The translations under genes and the position numbers were made by a program. A stretch of 64,000 nucleotides of DNA from Verrucomicrobiota bacterium. Lineage in GTDB: Bacteria; Verrucomicrobiota; Verrucomicrobiia; Verrucomicrobiales; Akkermansiaceae. The stretch spans positions 6,812-70,811 of the forward strand of contig RDYF01000026.1 in assembly GCA_004293285.1 (NCBI GenBank), read 5' to 3'. Position 1 is the stretch's first letter. Every line of letters begins with the position of its first letter. The notes under the pieces were generated by a model, which did not search any database, was not told where the DNA came from, and saw only the letters and a program-made list of their open reading frames with translations. Of the stretch, positions 45,607 through 55,903 are shown one piece after another.

Positions 45607-46245
45607 GTGAAAGAGATTTTGGATTATTTTTTGCACTTGGATGTCAAGCTGGGCGAATTGGTTGCAGCATACGACGCGTGGGTCTACGGCATTTTGTTCG
45701 CCATCATTTTTTGCGAGACCGGATTGGTCGTGACGCCCTTTTTGCCGGGCGACTCGCTGCTTTTTGCGGTGGGAGCGATCGCACACAGCACACCGATCAA
45801 CCTCTGGTACTGCGGTGTGTTGATGTTCATCGCGGCGGTATTGGGCGATTTTGTCAACTATTGGATCGGTCGCAGTGCCGGACGCTGGATGATGAAAACC
45901 TTCCCGCGCATCGTCAAAAAGCAGCACATTGACAAGACTCACGAGTTTTTCGAAAAATACGGTGGCAAAACCATCATCATCGCACGCTTCGTGCCCATCG
46001 TACGAACCTTCGCACCCTTTGTCGCCGGCATGGGCCACATGGATGCGCGCAAGTTCATGAGCTTCAACGTCAGCGGCGCCTTGCTCTGGGTCGGCTTGCT
46101 GATTCCCGTGGGATACTACTTCGGCGCGATTCCCGTGGTGAAAGAAAACTTCGAGCTGGTGGTGTTCGGCATCATTGGCTTCTCGCTGCTGCCTATGGTT
46201 TTTGCCTTCGTCAAAGAAAAGCTGAAGTCGCAAACGCCGCAGTAA
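45607..46245 (+). CDS. dedA: DedA-family inner-membrane protein
   Basis: (V)KEILDYFLHLDVKLGELVAAYDAWVYGILFAIIFCETGLVVTPFLPGDSLLFAVGAIA is almost collinear with E. coli DedA/YqjA N-termini. I chose the GTG start at 45607. Confidence 0.85.
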   Translation: MKEILDYFLHLDVKLGELVAAYDAWVYGILFAIIFCETGLVVTPFLPGDSLLFAVGAIAHSTPINLWYCGVLMFIAAVLGDFVNYWIGRSAGRWMMKTFPRIVKKQHIDKTHEFFEKYGGKTIIIARFVPIVRTFAPFVAGMGHMDARKFMSFNVSGALLWVGLLIPVGYYFGAIPVVKENFELVVFGIIGFSLLPMVFAFVKEKLKSQTPQ

Positions 46246-46309
46246 CGCGAAATTCGACGATTTTTCTGATTCTCAATTCTTGGTTTTTTGTCTACACCCC
46301 TTGCCCACC

Positions 46310-47713
46310 ATGCAAACTACCGTAGGTCTCATCTCTCTCGGCTGCGCCAAAAATCTCATCGATTCGGAAGTGATGATTGGCCACCTCGCTCAAGCTGGCA
46401 TGGCGCTGACGCCTGATGCCGAGCTCGCGGATGTGCTGATCATCAACACCTGCTCGTTCATCGACATGGCGAAAACGGAGTCGGTGAACGCCATTTTCGA
46501 AGCCGTCAAGGAGCGCGCCGAAAATGAAGAACGCGCACGCCAGAAGATCATCGTCGCCGGTTGTTTGTCGCAACGCTTTGCCAAGGACCTACCCGGCATC
46601 ATGCCAGAGGTCGATGCCTTTATCGGGCTGGATCAAATCACTAAGGTTGCGCCGATCATTGAGAACCTGTTAGGCAAAGACAATGCCGAGGAAGTGCAGA
46701 AAACCGAAGGCCCAGCCGCGACTGAGGACCCACGAGATTTCGTGACTCTCAAGCCGCAGTACATTCCAGACTACTCGACTCCGCGCATGCGCTTGACGCC
46801 GGATCACTACGCCTATGTGAAGATCGCCGAAGGCTGCAATCACACCTGCACATTCTGCATCATTCCGCAAATCCGTGGTCGACATCGTTCCCGCACGCAG
46901 GAATCCGTCGTCAACGAGGTCAAGGCCTTGGTGGCATCGGGCGTGAAGGAGATCAATCTGATTTCGCAAGACACCACCTATTTCGGCATGGACCTGTGGG
47001 ACGACGCCCGACCCAAGCCGAACTCGCCCGTGGATTCGACGAAAGGTCATTCCTTGGCGACCTTGCTCCGCGAGCTCAATGAGATTCCGGGCGATTTCTG
47101 GATTCGCTTGCTCTACACTCACCCAGCGCACTGGAGTGATGAGTTGATCGAGACCATCGCGCAATGTGACAAAGTGGCGAAGTATGTCGACATCCCGCTG
47201 CAACACATTTCCGATCGCATGCTGACCGCTATGAAACGCGTAACCAGCGGCGACTACATCCGCGACCTGCTGCGCCGCATGCGCGCGGGGATTCCGAAAA
47301 TCGGCATCCGCACTACGTTCATTGTCGGCTTCCCTGGCGAAACCGAAGAAGATTTCCAAGAACTGCTAGAATTCATCGAAGAGTTCCGCTTTGAGCGCGC
47401 CGGCGTTTTTTCCTACTCGAAAGAGGAAGGCACACGCGCGAATAAGATGGACGGCCACATTCACCACGCGACGAAAAAATCGCGTTGGAGTCGTGCGATG
47501 AAAGCGCTGCAGCGCATTGCCAGCGAGGTCAACCAAGAGCAAATCGGCAAGACCGTCAAGGTGCTCGTCGAGCAACCCGGCATCGCCCGCACGGAATGGG
47601 ACGCTCCCGAAATCGATGGCTCGGTGCACGTGCCCGAAGACATCCCCGTCGGCAGCTTCACCGAGGTGACGATCAAAGACTGGCGCGGCTACGATCTGGT
47701 CGCCGCGCGCTAA
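46310..47713 (+). CDS. rimO: Ribosomal protein S12 methylthiotransferase
   Basis: VGLISLGCAKNLIDSEVM is the MTTase N-domain. The radical-SAM motif is CNHTCTFCIIP. It has a C-terminal TRAM domain (GKTVKVLVEQ...FTEVTIKDWRGYDL). The start is taken at the ATG at 46310. Confidence 0.85.
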   Translation: MQTTVGLISLGCAKNLIDSEVMIGHLAQAGMALTPDAELADVLIINTCSFIDMAKTESVNAIFEAVKERAENEERARQKIIVAGCLSQRFAKDLPGIMPEVDAFIGLDQITKVAPIIENLLGKDNAEEVQKTEGPAATEDPRDFVTLKPQYIPDYSTPRMRLTPDHYAYVKIAEGCNHTCTFCIIPQIRGRHRSRTQESVVNEVKALVASGVKEINLISQDTTYFGMDLWDDARPKPNSPVDSTKGHSLATLLRELNEIPGDFWIRLLYTHPAHWSDELIETIAQCDKVAKYVDIPLQHISDRMLTAMKRVTSGDYIRDLLRRMRAGIPKIGIRTTFIVGFPGETEEDFQELLEFIEEFRFERAGVFSYSKEEGTRANKMDGHIHHATKKSRWSRAMKALQRIASEVNQEQIGKTVKVLVEQPGIARTEWDAPEIDGSVHVPEDIPVGSFTEVTIKDWRGYDLVAAR

Positions 47714-47821
47714 GTGAATCGCAGCGGTGGATTCCTTCCGCCATGCCGATCAGTTTCATTGGGCTTGGCAAGGCGCTTGGAAAGGGCCGCCACGATCTGG
47801 CCCAACGAACGCCCTCGCGCC

Positions 47822-48454
47822 TCACCCCTGCTGCCACCGCTTGATGCCTTCCTCCAAATTGAAGCGCGCTTGTTCTTCGTAAATGTCGCGCATCGTTTCG
47901 CTTTCGTAGATGGCAGGTCGATCGAGAAATCCTTGCAGCCAGGCGATGCGAGCGGCCGCGTATTCCGCCGTAGGAGTAGCGGCATTTTCTTCGCACACGA
48001 GCTTTTCATAGGCCGCGTAACGCTGGGGACTGCGCGCGAAAATGTTGAGATCGAGCGCAATCACAATGGCGGCATCGGGATCGTCTTTCGCCTGATGATC
48101 TTGCGTGGCAAGGATCATGTCGCGCACAAATTCCACCACCGATTCGGAAGCCTGACACTCTAGCAAAAACTCTTTCGCCAGCACGGCGCTGGCCACGGCA
48201 TTGTTGCGCGAACCTGGTTCGCAGACGACATCATGAAACCACAGCGCCACTTCCATCAGCGCGAGCCGTTCTTCATCGCCCTCGATTTCATCGAGCTCTT
48301 CCAAGCATTCTTCCAGATGCTGGAAGGTATGATAGCGACGATGCGACTCACGATAGCTTTGGTCGAGCCGATCAAACCAGCGCTTGGCAATGGTGCGATC
48401 GGCACCGAGAAATTCGACAAGTTCCATCCAGCGTGATCGGGTAGCGTATTCCAT
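47822..48454 (-). CDS. HD-domain-like predicted metal-dependent phosphohydrolase
   Basis: RRYHTFQHLEECL...ALWFHDVVCEP is typical of a small conserved HD-superfamily protein. Confidence 0.5.
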   Translation of the reverse strand: MEYATRSRWMELVEFLGADRTIAKRWFDRLDQSYRESHRRYHTFQHLEECLEELDEIEGDEERLALMEVALWFHDVVCEPGSRNNAVASAVLAKEFLLECQASESVVEFVRDMILATQDHQAKDDPDAAIVIALDLNIFARSPQRYAAYEKLVCEENAATPTAEYAAARIAWLQGFLDRPAIYESETMRDIYEEQARFNLEEGIKRWQQG

Positions 48455-48650
48455 GGCAAAGAGAGGTGATTTCCTGAAGCAGGGAGAACGACCCTAATGC
48501 CCCGCGATCAGGTCGGCAAGACAAACTGCGAAGGCAAGAGCGGTCGCATTCGCTGTCTTGCGGCGTTTTGTGTCAGCGCAACCAAAATGAGCTTGTGCCA
48601 TTTTGCTCCACTGATTAGATGGCAACTTACTCGCATTTTCCCAAAACCCT

Positions 48651-49241
48651 ATGATCATCCAATCACGTCACCGTCACGTTTGGGCCATCGGCCTTTGCTG
48701 TGTCTTGTCCACCGCCATCTGGCAGTGGAGAAAGCAACCCACTTCACCCCACTCCGCTCCCACCGCCGCCAAGACCGCGACTTCGGCATCGACACGCCCC
48801 CTGCCCTCACCGTCGACCGATCAATCGATCGCAGAAAAAACAAAGCCCGCTCCTGCGCTGGACCTCGCCGAATTGCAAAGCGAAATCGAAGCCGCTTTGC
48901 GCGAGAACGACTATCCGTCGGCTCACGAATTGATCGATCACAGCATCGCCACATCAAGTCGGACCGCTGAGGAAAAACAGCAACTGCTGGCCATCAAACT
49001 CGGCCTGTTCGGTCGAAACGGCGACCACCAGCAAATGCTCGCACTGATGGATCAGATCATTGCGGAAAACCCCAATTCTGCGCTCGCCGCAAACATGGCG
49101 AAACAGCGCGCCTTTGTCCAAGATTTCGCCGAACGCGATCCACATGACTCCGGCATGTGCGAAACCTGCAACGGCCACCATGCCGAAGGTGAACCCCATC
49201 TCCCCCCCAAAACCGAAAGCCCCCCGAAGAACAAACCCTAA
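48651..49241 (+). CDS. Hypothetical membrane-anchored protein (196 aa)
   Basis: One TM helix (VWAIGLCCVLSTAIWQW), a Pro/Ser/Thr-rich linker and a helical C-terminal part. I recognise no family. Confidence 0.4.
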   Translation: MIIQSRHRHVWAIGLCCVLSTAIWQWRKQPTSPHSAPTAAKTATSASTRPLPSPSTDQSIAEKTKPAPALDLAELQSEIEAALRENDYPSAHELIDHSIATSSRTAEEKQQLLAIKLGLFGRNGDHQQMLALMDQIIAENPNSALAANMAKQRAFVQDFAERDPHDSGMCETCNGHHAEGEPHLPPKTESPPKNKP

Positions 49242-49282
49242 ACCCTAAACCCTAGCAGAAAGTACCTCAAACCCCAATCATC

Positions 49283-52200
49283 ATGAACCACTCCAAAAAA
49301 CCACCCTCTCCCGACCGGCACGGCGGCGTTTCCTTACGCCACTCGCTGCTGGCTTGCCTCTTCGCCACCACGATGACGCATGCTCAAAGCTCCCTTGTTG
49401 CGGTCGATCCCCCGACCTCGGTCACGCCGACTTTCGCTGCGGATTTCAATACCGCTGGCAATTTCCAAGGCTGGTCCGCCAATACCCAAGTCACAGGCAC
49501 CACGGTGTCGGGCGGCTTGCTCACTGGCACCTCATCCTCCAATGACCCTTGGATTCAAACCACCAACATCACCAACGCTCCGGATCTCGATCTGGGCTTC
49601 AATGATTACTTGGAAATCCGCATGCAGCTGCCCGCAACCTACTCCGGTAACATCGAAATCTTTTTCGGTGCGACCGATGCCGGCGTCGCTGCGCAAACAG
49701 GATTCTCCAGCAATCGTATGGTCACGGTGCCGAATGCTGCCATTCCCAAGGACGGCAATTTCCACACCTACCGCATCAACCTCGGCCCCGTGCCGATGTG
49801 GCGCGGCTACCTCAACGACCTACGCATCGACCCCGCAACGGTCAGTGGCACGCCCTTTGCCATCGACTTCATCCGCGTCGGCGATGACGCCACGGAAGTT
49901 TATCAGCGCAACACCATGGACTTTGCCGACAACGGCAGCTACGAATTAAGCTCCAAGCGCTTTCGTTTCCTGTGGAATGCCGAGCGCGAAACCACCTTCG
50001 GCATGAACGCCGCTTGGGCGCGCAAAAATCTCCGCAACGCGGAGGAAGCCTGGCAAATTTATGTGCATCGCTTCGGCTACAACGAGCCTGCAGAAAGCAT
50101 CGATGCCACCAAACGCGCGCTTTATCCGGGCAAGTGGAAAGTCAATTTCCTCTGCTGGTACGACGGCTTCTGGATGAGCGGCAGCGGCAATTCCTACGGC
50201 TTCATGAACATGCACCCCAGCGGACTCCGCGCCGATCCTCCGAGCTGGGTCATTCCTCACGAACTCATGCACGTCTTCCAAATGCACCAAGGCGGAGCCA
50301 ATGTGGGCAACGGCCCCATGGGCAAATGGTGGGAAGCACACGCCAATTACGGACGCGAAATCTGGCTGCAAAACATGAATCGTTCGTACGATACCAACCA
50401 GACGGCATGGACGGGTTTTTCCTCAGGATTTCTCCGCACTTCGAATCTCTTTCACTCGCACGGATCGCACTATTACGACAACTGGCCGATTTTCCAGTAT
50501 GTCGATGAGAATCCCGACAACCTCCCCGATCTGGGCATGTCGACTGGAGCCAATCAGAATGCTTTCTCGGCCCGCCTGTGGCGCGAGTCGCTGTTTCCCG
50601 AATACATCTACGAAGCGCTCGAACGACTTACTCCCAACGTTTCGCTCAAAGACGTGATTGGCGGCTACGCCAGCCGCATGGCCACCGCAAACTTCTCGAA
50701 TCAGGCCGACATCACTGCCTCTCTCAACAACCAAGACCCAGAGCACACGCAGCGCAGGCGCATCACCGACCTCGCGCGTCGGGCCGATGACCCTACTTGG
50801 TTGCAGCCTTACGCGGCATCGCTGCCCATGGCTTTCACCTACGCGACTCACGAACTCATCCCCACCGGCACGGGTGCCGGACGCGTGGTGAGCGTGAATT
50901 TGCGCGGCATCATCAATCCCGATCGACAATCGGATTGGCGCGCGCGCCTCATTGTCATCAATGACGCCGGCGAAGAACGCTACTCGCCGCTGTGGAGCAC
51001 GGGCTCTCAATCGGTCACTCTGGCCGCGAATGAAAATAAGGTGCTACTCAGCGTTGCCGCCACTCCAGGCGATATTCAGCCGACCTATCACCTTGATCGC
51101 GATCAACCTTACATCAGCCACCCCGCTCGCGAGCGTTTTCCTTATGAAATTCAGCTCACGGGAGCGACCGCCCAGGGATCGGGCGTTGGCAGCACGACGA
51201 TGCTGACGCATGCCAATGGCGGCGGACTGAAAGCCAGCACCGCTACCGTCGAAGCCGGAGCTTACGTCGGCCCGAATGCCCGCGTGCTCGATTATGCTGT
51301 GGTCCGCTCCGGCGCACGCGTTGAGGACAATGCCGTCGTCAGCGGTCGCGCGCTGCTGCGCAATGGTGCTGTGGTTCGCGGCCATGCCCGAGTTCGTGAA
51401 TATGCCTTACTGGAATCCTGCGATGTCTCCGGAAACGCCCGCATCGGCGGCCACGTGTGGGTCGGCGGCGGCATGGTTGTCCGCGACAACGCCACTGTCA
51501 AAGGCGTGGGCAATCTGTGGCGCAGTGAAGGCAATGATTTCATCGGCGGCGACGCCGTAATGGACGGCGATTTCCAAAACGGCAATAGCGCAAGCAATGG
51601 CTTCCATTTCGGTTGGGAATGGGGTGGCTTGCAAGATGGCACCATCGCTAGCAAAACCGCACCCGCCGCGTTGTTCGCGAGTTATGAGTTCGCCACAGCT
51701 CACGCCTATGCCGCGAAAGATCAATATGGAGCCACCGATGGCCTCTTGGTGGGCGCACCCGCTTGGGTCAATACCGATGGCACACGCAGTGGCTTCCTCA
51801 GCTTCAATGGCAACGGACAATACGTCTTGCTCAACCGCTGGGTCGGCGATTTCCGCGCGGCGACTTTCACCACCCGCGTCAAATGGGCAGGAGGGTCGGC
51901 CCATCAAGCCCTGTTCCACTTCGGCGATGGCACAACGAACAATCAAATCTACGTCACACCAGCAAACAGCGCCGGCGTCTGCGAATTGCGCGTTGTCAAA
52001 AATGGCACCAGCTACAGCGTTCCCGCTGCCAGCGCACTTCCTATCGGCTCATGGGTCCGACTTTCGGTCGTGTTCGATGGCTCCTCGGCGGCACTTTACA
52101 TCAATGAATCGCTCGCCGGCATCACCGCTTGCCCAGTGCGTCCAGAAGAGGTGCTGCCCGCCGACACCAATGAAACCCCTGCCCACGCCTTCATCGGTCG

Positions 52201-55200
52201 CGGTACGGGCTTGGCCGATTTGCAGGGTTCGATCGATGACTTCAAGGTCTACTCCGCAGCCATCGCCGGCGCTGTCGGCGTCGGCGTAGAACCTCTCGCC
52301 ACCTCCACCACGGAACAAGGCGCACCCGCGACGTTCCGCCTGCGCCGCCTGGCGCTCGATGCCGCATCGCTCGCCGCACCACTGACGGTTCATTACACGA
52401 TGAGCGGTTCCGCCAGCAACGGCGCGGACTACCTCCTCACTGGCAATAGCGCGATCATTCCCGCAAATGCGACCTTTGTCGATGTCACCATCACACCTGT
52501 TCCCGATGGCTCGACCGAGCCCTTGGAAAGCGTCGTCCTCACCGTCAACCCTGCCGCAGGGTATCAGGTGGCCACCGGCAATGCGACCGCGACCATCGAT
52601 TTGATCGACTCCCTGAGTTTGTTCGACAACCAACTTGCTTGGTATCGGTTCAATGAAACCACAGGCACTGTGGCGAATGATAGCTCGAATGCCAACAACG
52701 ACGCGACCTTGGTCAATGGACCTTTGTGGAGCAGCGGATCGTTGTCCTTCGATGGCGCGAACGACTACGTCAACACGCCTGTCGCCAATGGCGGCACGCG
52801 CACTTTGGCCGCTTGGATCAATCCGAGCTCTTCCGCCGCGAAAGGATGCGTCTTTGATACCGACGTTCCTTACCAATACGGCACAGGCTGGGGTGTGGTC
52901 AATGGCACCATCGAAGTCATTCTCGACAATCAATTCTGGGGAACAGGCGTTCCTGTCACCAACAATGCTTGGCAGCACATTGCACTTGCCCTCGATGCCA
53001 CCCAAGCCCGACTGTATGTCAATGGTGCTCTCGCTGCATCACTGAACTACAACCGTGGCGACATCAGCGTAGCGAACTACAGGATTGGCGCGAACTATGG
53101 CAGTGGTGGTGCCAACTTCAACGGCCGCATCCGCGATGCGCGCATTTTTGGCATCGCCGTATCCGATATCGATGCCGCAGATCTGCCAAACGGCACGCTG
53201 CAAGGCCCGACGACAGCTCCCGCCAATGTGACGGCGAATGTGAACAGCGGCTCCGTAGGACTCTCTTGGAGCGCCTCAGGTCCAGCCGGAACTCGTTATT
53301 ACATCGCCCGCGCCACCTCGCCCAGCGGACCTTATGTTTTCATCGGCACCAGCACGAGCACCAGCTTCAACGACAGCGGACTGGCCAATGGCACCGCCTA
53401 TTCGTATGTCGTTTATTCGGCAAATGGCTCTGGCCTCAGCCCAGCAAGCACGGTCATCACGGCCACGCCCGCAGGTGACTTGGTCTGGACCAATAGCACT
53501 GGCAATGGTTTGTGGAATGCCTCCGCCGCCAACTGGTCAAACCAAGTCTGGCAGTCGACAGCGGATGGCGTCATCGCCCACACCAGCAGCCCAGAAACGA
53601 TCACGCTCCAGGGCGCATTGGTCGCAGACTTGTTGCGCATCGGCAATGGCACCAGCAATGCCAACTACACGCTCTTGGGTGCCGCAGGCTCTTCGCTCAG
53701 CGCGAGCGCTCTGCAGATCCAAGGAGCATCCTCCAGCCACCTCGGCATCAATGCGACGACTTCGCTGCAAGACCTGAATCTATCGCTCTCGGCAGATCTT
53801 ACGGTCGGTCGCAGCAATGCCATCATCGGCGGCAATTCCGTGATCACTGCGAATCGCATCGGTGGTGCCATCGGCGGCATTGCCAATGCCGACTGGGGCC
53901 AATTGACGATTCAAGGAAACGCCCAAGTCACAGCCACCAATGGCGTGGTCGGCAATTCGACCGCTTGGGGATTGAACCTCAACGGCGGCACGCTCACCAC
54001 CCCCAGCATTGACTACGGCCCTCACGCCTTCAATGGCACGACCAACCTGAACTTCAACGGCACTTTGGTCAAAGCATCCGCAAACAACGCCGATTTCATC
54101 ACCGTGACGAACGGCTATGACTTTGCGCCGATCATCCACGCGGGCGGTGCCTTGCTGGACACCAATGGCTTCAACATCGGCATCAGCGCCTCGCTCACAG
54201 GCTCGGGCCCGCTGACGAAGCTGGGCCATGGCACTCTGACCCTCAGCGCAGCCAATGCTTTCACCGGCACAACTGCGGTGAATGCGGGCACGCTGGTGCA
54301 ACAGTCGTCGACCGCATCGAGCGCCCACGTTGTCGCCTCTGGTGCCGTGCTGGAACTCAATACCGCCGACACACTGAACGGACCAAGCACCTCGTTTAGC
54401 GGTGGCGGCACTTTGCGGAAATCGGGCACAGGCAATACCACTTGGCCCGCTACCTCGGCAACCTTTGCTCTGGCTGCTGGCTCGTTGATCGACATCCAAG
54501 AGGGCAGCTTTACCGCGGGTTCTTTCGGCAATGAAAATTGGGCCAACAACCTCTCCGACCTCCATGTCGCGTCGGGGGCCGCGTTTCACACGGTCGAAGC
54601 AAACGTCCGCGTCAATCGCATCACCGGCACTGGCACCATCGGCACAGGCTTTGCAGGCGCAGGCTACCAAAACCTCAGCATCGGCGTGAACAATGGCTCC
54701 AGCACCTTTGCCGGATCTCTCGTCAATACCGAAAACAATGCCTCTTGGATCGGCAATCTGGAAAAACTCGGAAGTGGCACGATCACTCTCTCGGGCTTCG
54801 TTTCCCACACCGGCAGCACGACGGTTCGTGCAGGCAAGTTGGTGATCTCTGGAACGGCTTCCGGCACGTCCTCGGTGGCCATTGCCAGCGGGGCAGAGCT
54901 GGAAGTTTCCGGCACGCTCAGCACCACGGGCAACCTGACCAACGATGGCACACTGGTTCTCACCGGTGCCGCCCAGCTCAGTGCAACAGGCACGATCACC
55001 AACAATGGCACGATCATCCATTCCGCTCCTGGCTATGTCCTGCCAGCGAACTTGGTCAACAATGGCACCATTCACGTGCTGCCTGCTGCACCGTCTAGCC
55101 TCACCGCCACCGCAGGCATTGCTCAGATCGCTCTGAGCTGGCCCGCCGTTGCCGGAGCATCGAGCTATGTGGTCAAGCAAGCGGTTTCTGCAAGCGGTCC

Positions 55201-55900
55201 TTTTACAACCATCGCTACGCCAACCAGCACCAGCCACACCGCGACGGGACTCGTGGGCGGCATGACGTACTACTTTGTGGTCAGTGCGGTCAACGTCGCT
55301 GGAGAAGGCGCTGCCTCAGCAGTAGCATCGGCCACGCCAACAATCTCATTGCCCGCACCTCGCCTCACGGCTGATATCGGCAATGTCGGTCTCGCAGGAA
55401 ATGCTCTGTTCAACGCCGGAACCTACACTCTCCAAGGCGCGGGCACGGGCTTTTCGGGCACAGCCGATGGCTGCCGTTTTGTCTATCAAACCGGCACGGG
55501 AGATTGCAGCGTTACCATCCGCGTGCAAAGCCTCACCAACACCGGCACAAATGCACGAGTGGGCGTAATGATCCGCGAGTCGCTCAATGCCAACGCCATC
55601 AGCGCAGGAGTTTGGCTCGCACCCACCAGCGGCGTTCACTTCACCCGACGCACCTCCACAGGAGGCACAACGGCGGTCAGCAGTGTCAGCGGCAGAACCG
55701 CGCCACAGTGGCTGCGCATCACCCGCACGGGCAATACCTTCCGTGCGTTCTACTCTGCCAATGGCACCAACTGGACGCAGTTTGGCAACAACCGCACGAT
55801 CTCAATGAGCTCGACAACCCTCATCGGCATCGCTACAAGTAGCGGCACTACCGCGACTCTCTGCACCGGTGTTATGACCAATGAATCCGTTACTCCTTGA
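49283..55900 (+). CDS. Giant secreted multidomain protein, 2205 aa. Domain order: CBM-like module, HExxH zincin-like domain, left-handed beta-helix, LamG x2, Calx-beta, FN3 x2, autotransporter-associated beta-strand repeats, C-terminal LamG-like domain.
   Basis: Signal peptide. HELMH is at 50258-50272 (VIPHELMHVFQMHQGG...WWEAHANYGRE). It has a hexapeptide-like stretch (ARVLDYAVVRSGARVEDNAVVSGRALLRNGAVVRGHARV). The Calx-beta-like segment is PLTVHYTMSGSASNGADYLL...FVDVTITPVPDGSTEPLESVVLTV. The FN3 segment is LSWSASGPAGTRYYIARATS...GTAYSYVVYSANGSG. It has many G.LTK.G.GTLTLS repeats. Confidence 0.75.
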   Translation: MNHSKKPPSPDRHGGVSLRHSLLACLFATTMTHAQSSLVAVDPPTSVTPTFAADFNTAGNFQGWSANTQVTGTTVSGGLLTGTSSSNDPWIQTTNITNAPDLDLGFNDYLEIRMQLPATYSGNIEIFFGATDAGVAAQTGFSSNRMVTVPNAAIPKDGNFHTYRINLGPVPMWRGYLNDLRIDPATVSGTPFAIDFIRVGDDATEVYQRNTMDFADNGSYELSSKRFRFLWNAERETTFGMNAAWARKNLRNAEEAWQIYVHRFGYNEPAESIDATKRALYPGKWKVNFLCWYDGFWMSGSGNSYGFMNMHPSGLRADPPSWVIPHELMHVFQMHQGGANVGNGPMGKWWEAHANYGREIWLQNMNRSYDTNQTAWTGFSSGFLRTSNLFHSHGSHYYDNWPIFQYVDENPDNLPDLGMSTGANQNAFSARLWRESLFPEYIYEALERLTPNVSLKDVIGGYASRMATANFSNQADITASLNNQDPEHTQRRRITDLARRADDPTWLQPYAASLPMAFTYATHELIPTGTGAGRVVSVNLRGIINPDRQSDWRARLIVINDAGEERYSPLWSTGSQSVTLAANENKVLLSVAATPGDIQPTYHLDRDQPYISHPARERFPYEIQLTGATAQGSGVGSTTMLTHANGGGLKASTATVEAGAYVGPNARVLDYAVVRSGARVEDNAVVSGRALLRNGAVVRGHARVREYALLESCDVSGNARIGGHVWVGGGMVVRDNATVKGVGNLWRSEGNDFIGGDAVMDGDFQNGNSASNGFHFGWEWGGLQDGTIASKTAPAALFASYEFATAHAYAAKDQYGATDGLLVGAPAWVNTDGTRSGFLSFNGNGQYVLLNRWVGDFRAATFTTRVKWAGGSAHQALFHFGDGTTNNQIYVTPANSAGVCELRVVKNGTSYSVPAASALPIGSWVRLSVVFDGSSAALYINESLAGITACPVRPEEVLPADTNETPAHAFIGRGTGLADLQGSIDDFKVYSAAIAGAVGVGVEPLATSTTEQGAPATFRLRRLALDAASLAAPLTVHYTMSGSASNGADYLLTGNSAIIPANATFVDVTITPVPDGSTEPLESVVLTVNPAAGYQVATGNATATIDLIDSLSLFDNQLAWYRFNETTGTVANDSSNANNDATLVNGPLWSSGSLSFDGANDYVNTPVANGGTRTLAAWINPSSSAAKGCVFDTDVPYQYGTGWGVVNGTIEVILDNQFWGTGVPVTNNAWQHIALALDATQARLYVNGALAASLNYNRGDISVANYRIGANYGSGGANFNGRIRDARIFGIAVSDIDAADLPNGTLQGPTTAPANVTANVNSGSVGLSWSASGPAGTRYYIARATSPSGPYVFIGTSTSTSFNDSGLANGTAYSYVVYSANGSGLSPASTVITATPAGDLVWTNSTGNGLWNASAANWSNQVWQSTADGVIAHTSSPETITLQGALVADLLRIGNGTSNANYTLLGAAGSSLSASALQIQGASSSHLGINATTSLQDLNLSLSADLTVGRSNAIIGGNSVITANRIGGAIGGIANADWGQLTIQGNAQVTATNGVVGNSTAWGLNLNGGTLTTPSIDYGPHAFNGTTNLNFNGTLVKASANNADFITVTNGYDFAPIIHAGGALLDTNGFNIGISASLTGSGPLTKLGHGTLTLSAANAFTGTTAVNAGTLVQQSSTASSAHVVASGAVLELNTADTLNGPSTSFSGGGTLRKSGTGNTTWPATSATFALAAGSLIDIQEGSFTAGSFGNENWANNLSDLHVASGAAFHTVEANVRVNRITGTGTIGTGFAGAGYQNLSIGVNNGSSTFAGSLVNTENNASWIGNLEKLGSGTITLSGFVSHTGSTTVRAGKLVISGTASGTSSVAIASGAELEVSGTLSTTGNLTNDGTLVLTGAAQLSATGTITNNGTIIHSAPGYVLPANLVNNGTIHVLPAAPSSLTATAGIAQIALSWPAVAGASSYVVKQAVSASGPFTTIATPTSTSHTATGLVGGMTYYFVVSAVNVAGEGAASAVASATPTISLPAPRLTADIGNVGLAGNALFNAGTYTLQGAGTGFSGTADGCRFVYQTGTGDCSVTIRVQSLTNTGTNARVGVMIRESLNANAISAGVWLAPTSGVHFTRRTSTGGTTAVSSVSGRTAPQWLRITRTGNTFRAFYSANGTNWTQFGNNRTISMSSTTLIGIATSSGTTATLCTGVMTNESVTP

Positions 55901-55903
55901 TTG

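Noticed and set aside
45490-45607. The strand-polarity switch (minus genes to the left, mostly plus genes to the right) as a replication origin
   Set aside because: I saw no dnaA/dnaN or DnaA-box cluster. Several minus-strand genes occur to the right, and the spacer is only about 115 bp.
45142-46233. 363-aa minus-strand ORF
   Set aside because: It is antisense to the clearly recognisable dedA gene and overlaps the SNF2 N-terminus region out of frame.
49233-49253. Plant-telomere-like heptamer (AAACCCT)x3 overlapping the stop of the 196-aa gene
   Set aside because: There are only three copies in an ordinary intergenic position of a bacterial chromosome, which is too short to argue for function. 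I note it only as a second heptameric tract.
52049-55237. Minus-strand ORFs of 318 aa and 485 aa (also 56264-57160, and 61805-62653 on the other genes)
   Set aside because: They are shadow ORFs opposite or out of frame within the giant multidomain genes or the 61931+ gene. Their composition is Arg/Gly/Ala-rich.
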